Positions 37,038-47,614 of a DNA stretch of 64,000 bases are shown here, piece after piece. The notes beneath the pieces were generated by a model. It was given only the letters and a program-made list of their open reading frames with translations, ran no database searches and had not been told where the DNA came from. How positions within the stretch are numbered: the first letter of the stretch is position 1; every line of letters starts with the position of its first letter. Source of the stretch: an uncultured cyanobacterium (GTDB taxonomy: Bacteria; Cyanobacteriota; Cyanobacteriia; Pseudanabaenales; Pseudanabaenaceae); the NCBI GenBank assembly GCA_963703315.1, contig OY969811.1, positions 1,504,001-1,568,000 of the forward strand, read 5' to 3'. The translations under genes and the position numbers were made by a program.

Positions 37038-38284
37038 CTATAGAACCTTGCCGACGAGCGATCGCCCGATATAGTTACTATTCCGTGATTGCGAAGCGAT
37101 CGCCTGACCATTCACTAACCATTCCAAATTAGGGTCAAATAACGTTGCTAGCTTGGGTGTAGCGATGCCTAGACATTTGGCAGGATTAACACTTACAGCC
37201 TGCCACAGTTCACTAGCGGTTAATAATCCTGTAGTCACTAAATTCTGCCAAAGTACGGGAAGCGCAAACTCTAGACCGATCGCGCCGACAGGTGCAACTT
37301 CAAAGGGAACCACTTTTTCTTCGTAGGCACAAGGTGTATGGTCGATCGCGATACTATCAATTGCCCCTGATTTAATTCCTGCAACTAAGGCAAGGCGATC
37401 GCCTTCACTGCCGAGGGGGGGACTCAGGCGCAGGTTGGGATCATAAGTTTCTAAGTCGCGATCGCAGTGGCAGAGATGGAGCCAAGTCGTACTAGCGTTT
37501 ACAGGTAATCCATCATTTTTTGCTTGAGCAATTAGTTCCACACTTTGAGCAGTGGAAATCCTTATAAAATGCGTGGGGGCTTTGGTGAGACGGACTAATT
37601 CGATCAGGGCGGCAAGAGATGCAGTTTCGGCGGCGGCGGGATAGCCTGTCATGCCATATTGCAATGACCATTTGCCCTCACGGATGACACCACTACCTGC
37701 AAGATCAGGATTTTGGGGAACAGAGCGATCGGCTTGCCTAACGGTTTAATATATTCCATCGCTCGACGTACTAACAAGAGATTGGAGATCGCTTTGCCAT
37801 CGGTAAAGCCAATCACAGATTCGGCAAGTTCTGCCATATCAGTCAGTTGTTTGCCCTCCAAACCTTTCGTAATTGCGCCCCAAGGTTGGAGAATGTCACC
37901 ATGTTTTTGCTGAACATTACGCCAAAACTCTAGAGCCGCAATATCATCGATCACGGGTTGAGTATTGGGCAAGATGCCAACATGACTAAATCCACCATTT
38001 TTCGCAGCTTGGATTAGCTCTGTAATTGTTTCCCGTGACTCATGCCCCGGCTCACCACTGACGCTATGAAGATCAACTAGTCCAGTTCCTAAAATCAGTC
38101 CCGATCGCTCGTCAATATTTATATTTTCAGGAATTTGGCTAGCAGCAACATTAATCTGAGTTTGGCGATCGCTATCAATTAATACATCGGTAAAACTTTC
38201 AGCAATATTTAATGAGGAATCTACATTGAGAATTCGTACCTGCTTGAAGAGAACAGGATACGCGATAGAATTTTCTAAAGGCAT
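37038..38284 (-). pseudogene. pyrC: Dihydroorotase-like (PyrC/PyrC') gene split by a 1-nt frameshift; real lesion or sequencing error
   Basis: The 5' ORF (GLVDLHSVSGEPG...PNTQPVID) and the 3' ORF (RLSPPLG...IAIDHTP...GAIGLE) join if one base is added to the G4 run at 37715..37718, giving ...ALFPQNPDLAGSGVIREG. Confidence 0.8.
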
Positions 38285-38362
38285 AGCAAAACGATTTTCT
38301 TTTTACTCTATAGCGTGATGTGCGCCAAAACCTAAAAAAAATGTTTATCGGTTTTACTAAAT

Positions 38363-39421
38363 ATGGATGCAGCACTCACTTCTCAAGATATTTTGCGCCG
38401 CTATGCTAAAGGCGATCGCGACTTTAGTGGCATCAACCTCAATGGCCTCAAACTTAGTGGGGCAAACCTCAGCCATACCGATTGGCTCGATGTCAACTTT
38501 TCTAAAGCATATTTAAACAGTACTGTCTTTACCTTTGCTTGCTTGACTCGTGCCAATATGCGCGGAGCTTTGATGGTGGGTGCAAATTTATGTGGTGCAA
38601 ACCTCAACCAAGCAAGTATGAGTAATGTCAATCTCTCTAATGCTGATCTGCATGGAGCGAGTCTGCAAGGGACAACGCTCTTTGGTGCAAACCTCAGTCT
38701 TGCCAATTTGATGGATGCAAATCTAATTGATGCAGATATGCGAACCGCTAATTTGAGTGGTGCGAACTTGATTGGAGCCTGTATGAAAGGTGCAAATCTT
38801 AGGCAGGAGAGAGCTGTTGGCGATCAGCATGAAATTGATGCTGGTAAAAAGAAACGGAGTACGGCGAGTCTTGTTGGGGCAAATCTGTCTGGGGCAGACC
38901 TACGTGGCGCAAATCTCTCTGGGGCTGATCTGTACAAAGCCGATCTTAGAGGTGCGAATCTGCAAGAAGCAACACTAAGTGGCGCGAATCTTAGCGAGGC
39001 AAAGCTCAATAAAGCGAATATGCAAGGCATATTTCTTAGTGAAGCTAATCTCAGTAATGCCACGCTCTCAGGTGCGATTTTAAATAATGCCAAATTAGAG
39101 CGAGCTATTTTAATCGATACAGACCTGAATGGAGTTTCACTGCGAGGTGCGATTATGGCTGATGTGAAAGCAAGCCGAGTCCAGATGCAGGGGGCTGATT
39201 TAACGGATGCCAAGTTCTCGCGTGCTGATTTGAGTCGTGCCGATCTTAGAGGTGCGATTATGATTCGTACCAACCTGATTGAAGCTTATCTTGCCCGTAC
39301 TAATCTTGCTAATGCAGATTTAACTGACGCGATTCTCAATCGTGCGGAGTTAAGTAGTGCCAATCTCGTCGGTGCAATTCTGCAAGGAGCTACGCTTCCA
39401 GATGGCAAAGTCCATAAATAG
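38363..39421 (+). CDS. Pentapeptide repeat protein
   Basis: YAKGDRDF start followed by long A(D/N)LxxA repeats. Confidence 0.95.
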   Translation: MDAALTSQDILRRYAKGDRDFSGINLNGLKLSGANLSHTDWLDVNFSKAYLNSTVFTFACLTRANMRGALMVGANLCGANLNQASMSNVNLSNADLHGASLQGTTLFGANLSLANLMDANLIDADMRTANLSGANLIGACMKGANLRQERAVGDQHEIDAGKKKRSTASLVGANLSGADLRGANLSGADLYKADLRGANLQEATLSGANLSEAKLNKANMQGIFLSEANLSNATLSGAILNNAKLERAILIDTDLNGVSLRGAIMADVKASRVQMQGADLTDAKFSRADLSRADLRGAIMIRTNLIEAYLARTNLANADLTDAILNRAELSSANLVGAILQGATLPDGKVHK

Positions 39422-39460
39422 AGAGATGCGGCGCTTCGCGCCGCATCTCTCTATTTATGG
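39412..39460. repeat. Palindromic hairpin whose arms contain the last codons and stops of both flanking genes
   Basis: CCATAAATAGAGAGATGCGGCGC-TTC-GCGCCGCATCTCTCTATTTATGG. Confidence 0.9.
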
Positions 39461-41463
39461 GAGCTAAATTTACCTACAGAATAATTAATTGCATAGCTCC
39501 AACTTAGCAGCCGCAACCATAGACGAGGATTGGTAGGTTCTAGCCATGATTGACAACTACGCAACAGTTGTGGCAGCCATGCTCCTAAAAGAGCATTAAC
39601 TAGAGAATTGCGGGTAAAAGATCCGTAACTGGATAGCCATTTCAGTAAATCCTCTATACCTGCCATTTCTAAGATCCAGAGAATCAGTTTCTGATTCTTA
39701 AAAGCAGCAATCAGAGCGAGACGGTTAAACATCAACCAATTGAGGCGATCTTTGATAAAGCGATCGCTAACGGGTTGTGGCTCATCGGCTAGCAATCCAA
39801 AGAACGTATTCAGCATTGAGTTAACCCGCTCTGGTGGCAAGTGCATTCCCGTCGGAACCATCATTCCTTTTGAGAATAACCAAGTTACGGCAATATTACT
39901 TTGATAAGCATTAATTTGGCTAAGGTCATCGGCTTTCAGAAGATCATGCTTGAGGGCAGTATCGAGCAAGGTCGCTAAGCGTGGTAAGTTCCGAACTAAA
40001 GATCCAAATCCTGTAAATACAAGTGGAGATTGGAGAGAAGCAGCATCACCGATCGCCAAAATTCGATCAAAGGCACATTTTTTAGAATTCTCATTGAGGC
40101 TGTAATGTCCCGTGATATAACCAAAGGTCGCCTTCTTCCAAGTCAGCTTTTCCATATCACAACGGCGATATTCTGGCAAAATCGTGAAGAAGTCCTCATA
40201 CATTTCCAGCAATGATCCCGGATTTTCGGGATGCACTTGATGATAATGGAACAGATAAACCGTCAACTCATCTTTTTCGGCGGGAAACAATTCCCAAATT
40301 AGTTGCCGTCCCCGTGAGATATCCCCATGACTAAACAGGACATCGCCATATTGAGAATCCCAAACGTGCTTATCAATACCCTCTAAAACTGCACCCACCG
40401 TCGGACAGACGCTATCAAAGGCTTGTCCCGCATTCAGTTGTTGGGCGATCGCCGAAGCCGATCCCATCGCATCAATCACCAATCGCGAATTAAGAATTAC
40501 CTCCGCATCTGTTTCCAGATTTTTAGCAAAGATAGTCGCGCCATTTTCACCAATAACGACTTTTTGGAATTCGGTGCGATCGCAAATTACAGCACCATAC
40601 TGATGCAATTTCTTACTACAAATTTCCAACAAACGATGAGTATCGATCGCAATATTTAAAACTGTCGGCGTATGCAGCACCTTCGCCTTGAGATGCGGTG
40701 GATTATTGCTATCAAAAAACTTATTAAAGCCATCGACATATTCCGCCGTGATCATTGCTTCAAATTCTTCTTTGGTGAATAGCCCAAAGTCGATCAGATT
40801 CTGGAATTCTGCGCGAGAAATATTCCATTCCCGATTCATGCGCCCAAAGGGAATTCGCTCTACTAAGCAAACGCGATAGCCTAACTTCGCCATCATAGCC
40901 GCATGGATCGCGCCCAATGCGCCGCCCAGATACACAATGTCATAGATTAAATCTGGCTTTACAGAATTAGCTTGTGAATCCTCAAAAATTACTTGCTTGG
41001 GTGTTTCAGGATTCTTAACACTTTCCCGCCAGCGCTTTTCCCACCAATAGACGCGATTTAGGTCATATTCACCATTAGGAATACGTTGAAAGAACTTTAC
41101 CGTAAGCGGATACTCTTCGGCTAGTGCTTCAAAAATCGATTGATTCGAGGCGATCGCAGGTGGTTGTTTAAACTCGTAGGGAAAGGCAAGTCGCGCCGCC
41201 TTGGTCAAATGGTCAAGAAATTCCTTCTCACCATCCATAACCTCCTCTGACCATCGAAATACTTTGAGGTAAGTCGTGCGTTGTAATGTCCAGATAAATA
41301 CTGATAATTGCGCGATCGCTCCTGAACGATTTTGGCGATCGAGGATAAAGCCATGCTTAGCAACGGATTTTTTCCCAAAGGGTGGTTGATACTCAGACTG
41401 GAGCCATGTTTTCACGGCTGCAACCTGAGGTGTAGGGATCTCGATGTAAAGTAACTGCTGCAT
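39451..41463 (-). CDS. cruA: Lycopene cyclase CruA-like flavoprotein
   Basis: GGALG FAD motif; MNREWNISR, IDAMG, CPTVG and GDAASLQSPLVFTGFG motifs; 670 aa with an N-terminal extension, longer than CruP. Confidence 0.75.
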   Translation of the reverse strand: MQQLLYIEIPTPQVAAVKTWLQSEYQPPFGKKSVAKHGFILDRQNRSGAIAQLSVFIWTLQRTTYLKVFRWSEEVMDGEKEFLDHLTKAARLAFPYEFKQPPAIASNQSIFEALAEEYPLTVKFFQRIPNGEYDLNRVYWWEKRWRESVKNPETPKQVIFEDSQANSVKPDLIYDIVYLGGALGAIHAAMMAKLGYRVCLVERIPFGRMNREWNISRAEFQNLIDFGLFTKEEFEAMITAEYVDGFNKFFDSNNPPHLKAKVLHTPTVLNIAIDTHRLLEICSKKLHQYGAVICDRTEFQKVVIGENGATIFAKNLETDAEVILNSRLVIDAMGSASAIAQQLNAGQAFDSVCPTVGAVLEGIDKHVWDSQYGDVLFSHGDISRGRQLIWELFPAEKDELTVYLFHYHQVHPENPGSLLEMYEDFFTILPEYRRCDMEKLTWKKATFGYITGHYSLNENSKKCAFDRILAIGDAASLQSPLVFTGFGSLVRNLPRLATLLDTALKHDLLKADDLSQINAYQSNIAVTWLFSKGMMVPTGMHLPPERVNSMLNTFFGLLADEPQPVSDRFIKDRLNWLMFNRLALIAAFKNQKLILWILEMAGIEDLLKWLSSYGSFTRNSLVNALLGAWLPQLLRSCQSWLEPTNPRLWLRLLSWSYAINYSVGKFSSHK

Positions 41464-41526
41464 GGCTCAATAAAATAAAAATATTTTTCTTATATCCTCT
41501 AATTTTGGCATATATTGCGGTTTGGA

Positions 41527-42207
41527 TCAGGTTTGCAAGTTTTCCAACTGCGTAATCCATTGATCAAAATGTGGACATTTTTCTCTTATCTTTGCTAACC
41601 CAATCTTTTCAACTACTTGAGGCGCTAAGCTGGTTTTTAGTTTTTTATACTTTGGAATGACTTTTTCAAGTCTTTTAGAAGGAGCCGTAGTTACATCTTG
41701 GTTAATTAATTCTGGAGAAGAATATCTTTTACATTCTAATAACAGGCGATCAATATCTTTTTTGTAGTCATCATATTGGGGGAAGTCTTTATACAACTCT
41801 TCAAGATCAGTAAATATTAAAGCTTCAAATTCATGTAATTGAATATAGGGTATAAATCGATAATGATTAATATCTTTTGCAAAAGCAGATTCTAATAATT
41901 TAACTTTGAGATAAGGATCTAATGGTTTATTGGCTTGTTCAAATCCTGGAAAATCATTTGGTAATGCATATAGATCAAACATTGTTGTAAGTATTACTGG
42001 TTGACTATTTCTCTCTTTTAATAAACGATTAATTTCATTTTTAACTTTTGCATAGTTAGCTACTCCTCCTCCTATGCCCTTAGATCTATTTGTTGGTACT
42101 AAACTATATTTAATATTAATATTTAGCTGTTTTAAATGTGGACGCAAAATGTTTTTAACAAATGTTTCCTCTGTTGGTCCTTCTACAAGAATATTTAGAA
42201 TAACCAT
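41527..42207 (-). CDS. DUF4276-family (TOPRIM-like) protein
   Basis: LVEGPTEE.FV, TTMFDLY.LP.DFPG, QLHEFEAL, TAPSKR and CPHF..W motifs. Confidence 0.85.
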   Translation of the reverse strand: MVILNILVEGPTEETFVKNILRPHLKQLNINIKYSLVPTNRSKGIGGGVANYAKVKNEINRLLKERNSQPVILTTMFDLYALPNDFPGFEQANKPLDPYLKVKLLESAFAKDINHYRFIPYIQLHEFEALIFTDLEELYKDFPQYDDYKKDIDRLLLECKRYSSPELINQDVTTAPSKRLEKVIPKYKKLKTSLAPQVVEKIGLAKIREKCPHFDQWITQLENLQT

Positions 42208-42210
42208 CAG

Positions 42211-43335
42211 CTATGGTCTCCCACCAATTACATTTTTATTCCATAGCTCAGACAATGAATATTCTTCTAGCCAATCTTCTAGATCTGCTTCAACTAATCT
42301 TTTAAAAGAAGATTCTCGGTCATTTCTTTCAACAACGATTACGTCTTCTGGTTCAAAACAATCTACTAATAATGGTGATTGAGTTGCTAAAATTACTTGA
42401 CAACGATTAGAAACACCATTAATTAGACTGCCGATGATATCAATAGCATAGGGATGTAATCCTAGTTCTGGCTCATCTAAAATCAAAATATTAGGCAAGG
42501 TGTCGGGCGGTTGTAATAAAAGCGTTACTAAAGCCATTGCTCTTAATGTTCCATCCGATGCTTGATGAGGACTAAAGACTAAATCAGTACCTATTTCCTG
42601 CCATTGTAAAATCACTGTGTTACCCATAGGGTTTAACACGAAATCAGCAAAAAATGGAGCAATTAGTCTAAGGGTTTCTACGATTCTTTGGTAATAACGA
42701 GGTTCATTTTCTCTAAGTCTTAAAAGAAATGGCGCTAAATTTCCAGCATCTTCTTTAAGACATTGATTGTCATCAGCGTTCCACTTTATTTTGAATCTAG
42801 AAGTAGGTGAAGTGTTAAAATTTTGTATCAGGCTAGTGTTAAAATCTTGTATCAGCCTATAGATTTTTTTTGGTGTGAACATTGTAAATTCAAGCAGCTT
42901 TGACTCTCTATGACCTGATAGTAATGTCATCCAATCTGACCAAACATTAAGATGCATGGCATCAAAACTACGATATTTCTCTTCGGCAAATACAAATGTG
43001 TCCAATGCGGCATGAGAAAGTTTAAATGAATAGTCAAATCTATCATTTTTAAAAGCATAGTCAAATTTATCTTTACTGACTTCAAATTCAAGTTTTGATT
43101 CAATTTGAGAAGTAATTTCTGCTCCATCAAATAACAAAGAATTTGCACCTCCTGATTGTGCAACAAAAAGTTGCAATTCACCTTGAGATTGCATCATCCG
43201 ATTCAATAACTTAAAAAAAGAAATAAAATTAGATTTACCTGAACCATTCGCGCCAATTAAAACGTTGATGGGAGATAAATCTAAATCTAGTTCTTTAATT
43301 GATTTAAAGCCTTTAATGCTGATGTGTTTAAGCAT
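42211..43335 (-). CDS. AAA_21/ABC-type ATPase partnering DUF4276
   Basis: GANGSGKS, SDGTLR, LDEPELGLHP and ATQSP motifs. Confidence 0.9.
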   Translation of the reverse strand: MLKHISIKGFKSIKELDLDLSPINVLIGANGSGKSNFISFFKLLNRMMQSQGELQLFVAQSGGANSLLFDGAEITSQIESKLEFEVSKDKFDYAFKNDRFDYSFKLSHAALDTFVFAEEKYRSFDAMHLNVWSDWMTLLSGHRESKLLEFTMFTPKKIYRLIQDFNTSLIQNFNTSPTSRFKIKWNADDNQCLKEDAGNLAPFLLRLRENEPRYYQRIVETLRLIAPFFADFVLNPMGNTVILQWQEIGTDLVFSPHQASDGTLRAMALVTLLLQPPDTLPNILILDEPELGLHPYAIDIIGSLINGVSNRCQVILATQSPLLVDCFEPEDVIVVERNDRESSFKRLVEADLEDWLEEYSLSELWNKNVIGGRP

Positions 43336-43356
43336 AGCGATCGCACAATTTCACAC

Positions 43357-44676
43357 TTAAGGTTTTACAATCAAAATACCATAAGCATCAGGATTGAGGT
43401 ATTTGCGAACGGCGGCTTGGATGTCCTCTTTGGTGATGGATTTAATTAAATCGGGATAAGTTAAGGCTGGCTCTAGGGAACCGACAATGCGATCGTAATA
43501 GCCATAAATACCAGCGCGTTCTTTCGGTGATTCATTGCCGAAGATAAATCGATTGGTAACTTGGGTACGAATCTTGGCGAGTTCCTCATCGGTGACAGGA
43601 GTTTCGTGCAAGTTGAGAATATGCTCGCGAATTGCTTGCTCAACGATCGCCACATCCTCCACATTCAACTTGGCAAATACTTGGAAATTACCCTGCCAAC
43701 GCATCGCCGAATTACTGACAGAAATGCGATCGACGATGCGCCGATTTTCGCGCAAGTCCTGCACCATCCGCGAAGTGCGCCCACTACCGAGAATATTGGC
43801 AAGAATACTTAAGGGATAGGTTTCCGATAGTTCGTTCAAGCCAGCAACGCGCCATGTCATGCTCAATCTAGCTTGCTTAAGGCTGGTATCGGTTACTTCA
43901 CGCCGCACAATATCTGTAAACGGCTTTTCGGGTGTGAAAGTCTTAGACTGAGGTTTATCAGCGATCGCCTCTCCTTCAAAGTAATTAGCAATCACGCTAA
44001 TCATCTCGCTCACGGGTAGATTGCCAACTACAGAGATCGTCATGTTTTGCGGCGCGTACCATTTGCGATGAAACGATCGCATTTGCTCGGAGGTGACATT
44101 CTCAATTACATCGACTGGTCCCAGCACCGCACGACGATAGGGCAGAGTTTCATAGACTAATTCCGAGATATGGCGATAAATGCGGCGATCGGGATTGTCT
44201 TCACTGCGGCGAATTTCCTCTAGTACTACATGGCGTTCGCGCTGAAACTCTTCATCGGGAATGCTTGCCTTCAGAACTATATCCAGTTGTAAAGGCGCAA
44301 GTTTGGCAAAATCTTTAGGCGCAACATTGATATAAAAATGCGTATAGTCCTGACTGGTAGCCGCATTGGTATTACCACCATGCGACTCGATCGCCTGTTC
44401 AAATTCTCCTAAGCCAAGGCGATCGCTACCCTTGAAAACCATGTGTTCCAAGAAATGCGCCATACCATTGATGTCATCACTCTCTACCGCCGAGCCAACG
44501 TCAACCCAAATACTGAGATTGACCGCATCGACAGGAACCTGTTCGGCAATAATTTTAATGCCGTTGGGCAGAATATGTTGAGTGGGTGCAGATACTGATG
44601 CTTTTGTAGCTAGATCATGGAGTGCATGATCGGTCGCAGATACATCTAACCGACGTGGAATGACGATCGCTGGCAT
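43357..44676 (-). CDS. M16 family (pitrilysin-like) zinc peptidase
   Basis: GMAHFLEHMVFKG inverted zinc motif; NAATSQDYTHFY. Confidence 0.93.
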   Translation of the reverse strand: MPAIVIPRRLDVSATDHALHDLATKASVSAPTQHILPNGIKIIAEQVPVDAVNLSIWVDVGSAVESDDINGMAHFLEHMVFKGSDRLGLGEFEQAIESHGGNTNAATSQDYTHFYINVAPKDFAKLAPLQLDIVLKASIPDEEFQRERHVVLEEIRRSEDNPDRRIYRHISELVYETLPYRRAVLGPVDVIENVTSEQMRSFHRKWYAPQNMTISVVGNLPVSEMISVIANYFEGEAIADKPQSKTFTPEKPFTDIVRREVTDTSLKQARLSMTWRVAGLNELSETYPLSILANILGSGRTSRMVQDLRENRRIVDRISVSNSAMRWQGNFQVFAKLNVEDVAIVEQAIREHILNLHETPVTDEELAKIRTQVTNRFIFGNESPKERAGIYGYYDRIVGSLEPALTYPDLIKSITKEDIQAAVRKYLNPDAYGILIVKP

Positions 44677-44790
44677 AACAGTATAAAATTTTACTAAGGT
44701 TTTTATTAAAAAAATTGAGATAAAGAAAATATAAATAAAAATTTTTGTTTTTTATTATATTAAAACTTGCTTAGCGAAATTTTTTGATGT

Positions 44791-45798
44791 TTACATCTGT
44801 TCTAATGCCCGCAGCTTATAATAAGCTTCTCGCAATGGCAAGCTAGAGTTATCTTCTAGCATAGCAGCAAAATCATAGGATTCTTGGTAAGCTGCGCGTG
44901 CTTTTGGCAAATTTCCAAAAGAAAGGTACAAATCCCCCAAATATCGCTGCACGATCGCCGCTGTTTCCTGATCACCCATCACCAAAGCTAAACTAGAACG
45001 ATTTTGCAATAAGTCTTCGATGCGATAAAAATTAGGAACTTCAAGATAAGCCGCAATAATGCGATCGCTAGCAACTGCCATCAGTTTGTAATTGCGATAT
45101 TGACGGGCGATCGTCAGCGCCATGCCATAGTCTGTGATTGCTGCTTTGTAATCATCTAGAGCCATCCGACTATCACCACTATTAATATGGACATAGCCTT
45201 CACCGATCGCTTCACGGATGGGATATCGTTTGATGGCGGCGTAATGTTGCTTGATCGCCTCTAAATGATCACCATAGCGTCCTGCAATCAAACCTTTGTT
45301 GTTTAAGGCGATCGCGGTGTTGAGTCCTTGATCATTTGCTAGGGACAAAGCAAGAGTGTCTTTGTTCAATTTTGCAGAGGATTCTAATTTGTTTTGGGCA
45401 ATCTCAAAACTGACTAAATTGTTTGAGCTTTCAATCTTTGCCCCATTATCGTGCAAGGTATTGGCATAGCGGATTCTTTGCCGCAGTGTGTCTTGAGCCG
45501 CATTGCTTGCCCCCAATAGTTCATAAGCATCGCTTATCCTTGCCAAAGTGTAGGAAATTGAGGCTTGGTCATTGACTCGACGGTAATAGCCGATCGCATA
45601 GAGCCACGTCTTAATTGCTTCACGAGGTTTACCATCCTTGAGTTGGTCGTAGCCAACATCCAGCAAGCGATCGGCTTCATCACGTACCGTCCGATTGTTT
45701 GGATTGACCGTTACTTGTTGGGACTGTACTGGTACTGGCACAACAATCGCCCCCACAAAGACAGCTAAGATGGTTGCTCCCAGATGGGCAATTGACAT
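44791..45798 (-). CDS. Exported TPR-repeat protein
   Basis: Signal-like hydrophobic N-terminus from the ATG at 45798; helical TPR-like repeats. Start codon uncertain. Confidence 0.7.
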   Translation of the reverse strand: MSIAHLGATILAVFVGAIVVPVPVQSQQVTVNPNNRTVRDEADRLLDVGYDQLKDGKPREAIKTWLYAIGYYRRVNDQASISYTLARISDAYELLGASNAAQDTLRQRIRYANTLHDNGAKIESSNNLVSFEIAQNKLESSAKLNKDTLALSLANDQGLNTAIALNNKGLIAGRYGDHLEAIKQHYAAIKRYPIREAIGEGYVHINSGDSRMALDDYKAAITDYGMALTIARQYRNYKLMAVASDRIIAAYLEVPNFYRIEDLLQNRSSLALVMGDQETAAIVQRYLGDLYLSFGNLPKARAAYQESYDFAAMLEDNSSLPLREAYYKLRALEQM

Positions 45799-45929
45799 TT
45801 TCTGACGCTTTCTATACATATCCCTACATCCTCTGCAAAAGGTGCACACATTGTAGCGATATAAAAGCTGTTTTTTCTAGAAGTTTTCTGACATTTTCTG
45901 ACTTTTTAAGAATTATCCCAAAACTAAAC

Positions 45930-46018
45930 CAGAAGACGAGTTGCGCTGCAACTCGTCTTCTGAAACCCAAACCCGTAAAGTTGCGCCCCTGTGGGGCGCA
46001 ACTTTACGGGTTTGGGTT
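45930..46018. repeat. Tandem pair of dispersed hairpins; the second contains the end of the ABC ATPase gene
   Basis: CAGAAGACGAGTTGC-GCT-GCAACTCGTCTTCTG and AACCCAAACCCGTAAAGTTGCGCCCC-TGT-GGGGCGCAACTTTACGGGTTTGGGTT. Confidence 0.85.
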
Positions 46019-47158
46019 ATATGGATGATGCAAAGTAACGCCTGATTGAGCATCAAATCCATAGAGTTTTTTGAGGTCAAACTTCCAAAAACTGCGATCG
46101 CCAATTTGCCAATGATGCTCTAAACCTACATCAGCAGAAACTCGCGCTCTCAAATCTTGATCTTGCAGTTTTAACAACACAATTGTTTCTGAACCCAGCG
46201 CTTCGACTAGCTCTACCGTACCTTCAAGATGCGCCTCATCGATATTCGCAGGCTGCAAATCTTCAGGGCGAAATCCTAAAATAAATGGGGAATTACTCTC
46301 AATACTACTAATTGGTAAATCATGAAGGGCGATCGCCTTGAGCAAATTTTCACTCGATAAATCGCGATTACGATCAATCTGCACAGGCAAAAAATTCATC
46401 GGTGGTGAACCCATAAACCCTGCCACAAAAACATTTGCAGGTTTACGGTAAATATTCAGAGGCGTATCCACTTGCTGAATATCACCTTTATTTAAAACTA
46501 CAATCCGATCGCCCATTGTCATGGCTTCGACTTGATCATGCGTGACATAGATCGTAGTTACTTGCAACTGCTTTTGTAACTGCACAATTTGCGATCGCGT
46601 ATCACTGCGTAATTGAGCATCGAGATTCGATAAAGGCTCATCCATCAGAAACACTTGGGGATTACGAGCGATCGCCCGTCCGAGCGCAACTCGTTGCTTC
46701 TGCCCACCCGATAATTCCTTCGGCTTACGATTTAGTAAATGGGAAATTTGCAGAGAGTCCGCAACTTGCTGCACTCTTTGTTCGATTTCGCTACGTTGTT
46801 TTTGATTAGTCGGTGATAGCCAAGCTAGGGGTGATGAATTTGGCGATCGCTGCCTCCTCAATCCAAAAGCAATATTGTTGTAAACCGTCATGTGCGGATA
46901 CAGCGCATAACTTTGAAATACCATCGCAATATCGCGCACCTTAGGCGGCAGATGATTAATTTGGCGATCGCCTAGATATATAGAACCATCAGTTACTTCT
47001 TCTAAACCCGCAATTAGCCGCAGCAAAGTACTTTTGCCACATCCTGAAGGACCTACTAAAACCAGAAATTCGCGATCGGCAACCTCTAGATCAATTTCAT
47101 GCAGAACCGTATTTTGTCCAAATTTCTTAGTAACACTACACAACCGAACAGGAGCCAT
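46004..47158 (-). CDS. Carbohydrate ABC transporter ATP-binding protein (MalK/MsmX-like)
   Basis: GPSGCGKS, VFQSYALYPHM, LSGGQKQR and MDEPLSNLD motifs plus a TOBE tail; no permeases adjacent. Confidence 0.92.
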   Translation of the reverse strand: MAPVRLCSVTKKFGQNTVLHEIDLEVADREFLVLVGPSGCGKSTLLRLIAGLEEVTDGSIYLGDRQINHLPPKVRDIAMVFQSYALYPHMTVYNNIAFGLRRQRSPNSSPLAWLSPTNQKQRSEIEQRVQQVADSLQISHLLNRKPKELSGGQKQRVALGRAIARNPQVFLMDEPLSNLDAQLRSDTRSQIVQLQKQLQVTTIYVTHDQVEAMTMGDRIVVLNKGDIQQVDTPLNIYRKPANVFVAGFMGSPPMNFLPVQIDRNRDLSSENLLKAIALHDLPISSIESNSPFILGFRPEDLQPANIDEAHLEGTVELVEALGSETIVLLKLQDQDLRARVSADVGLEHHWQIGDRSFWKFDLKKLYGFDAQSGVTLHHPYNPNP

Positions 47159-47235
47159 CGCCAAATATCCTAAAGATAAACCCTAAAATCAACCTGACTG
47201 ATTTTAGCTCTAAATCCTACTTCCTTCCCAGTGAA

Positions 47236-47415
47236 TATAGCGCTTTTCAAGGAAGCGAGGTATGGAGGATTGTTTCCCCGCCAAAGGCGGGGAAACAATT
47301 CCGTATTGCACTTTTTCCTATTAACACATAAACCCCAAAAGAGAGTTGCGGTGCGAAGCACCGCAACTCTCTTTTGGGGTTTGGTTTTGTCCTAACATAA
47401 CTGACTCCAGCTATA
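47236..47415. mobile_element. Composite of two MITE-like hairpin elements between TATAGC and GCTATA ends
   Basis: Left half belongs to the 6442..6536 family; right half is AAACCCCAAAAGAGAGTTGCGGTGC-GAA-GCACCGCAACTCTCTTTTGGGGTTT. Confidence 0.65.
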
Positions 47416-47471
47416 TGTGTCATTGAGTCCGAAAATATGGCAAATTAAAGAATCAGATCAGAATTGTAAAC

Positions 47472-47586
47472 TATAGCTGTTGCCAGTCTGGTTAGAACCT
47501 AAACCCAGAAGACGAGTAGCGACACAACGCGCCGCCACTCGCTTCTTAGGTTTTGATTTGTTCTAATGCAAATAACGACAGCTATA
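47472..47586. mobile_element. Degenerate MITE-like element
   Basis: TATAGCTGT...ACAGCTATA ends enclose a decayed AGAAGACGAGTAGCGACAC/GCGCCGCCACTCGCTTCT hairpin. Confidence 0.6.
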
Positions 47587-47614
47587 CCTATAGTGATAAA
47601 CGAAGTTAAACTTA

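Noticed and set aside
37705..37725. Programmed -1 ribosomal frameshift in pyrC
   Set aside because: There is no correctly phased slippery heptamer and no obvious stimulatory structure; an indel or sequencing error is simpler.
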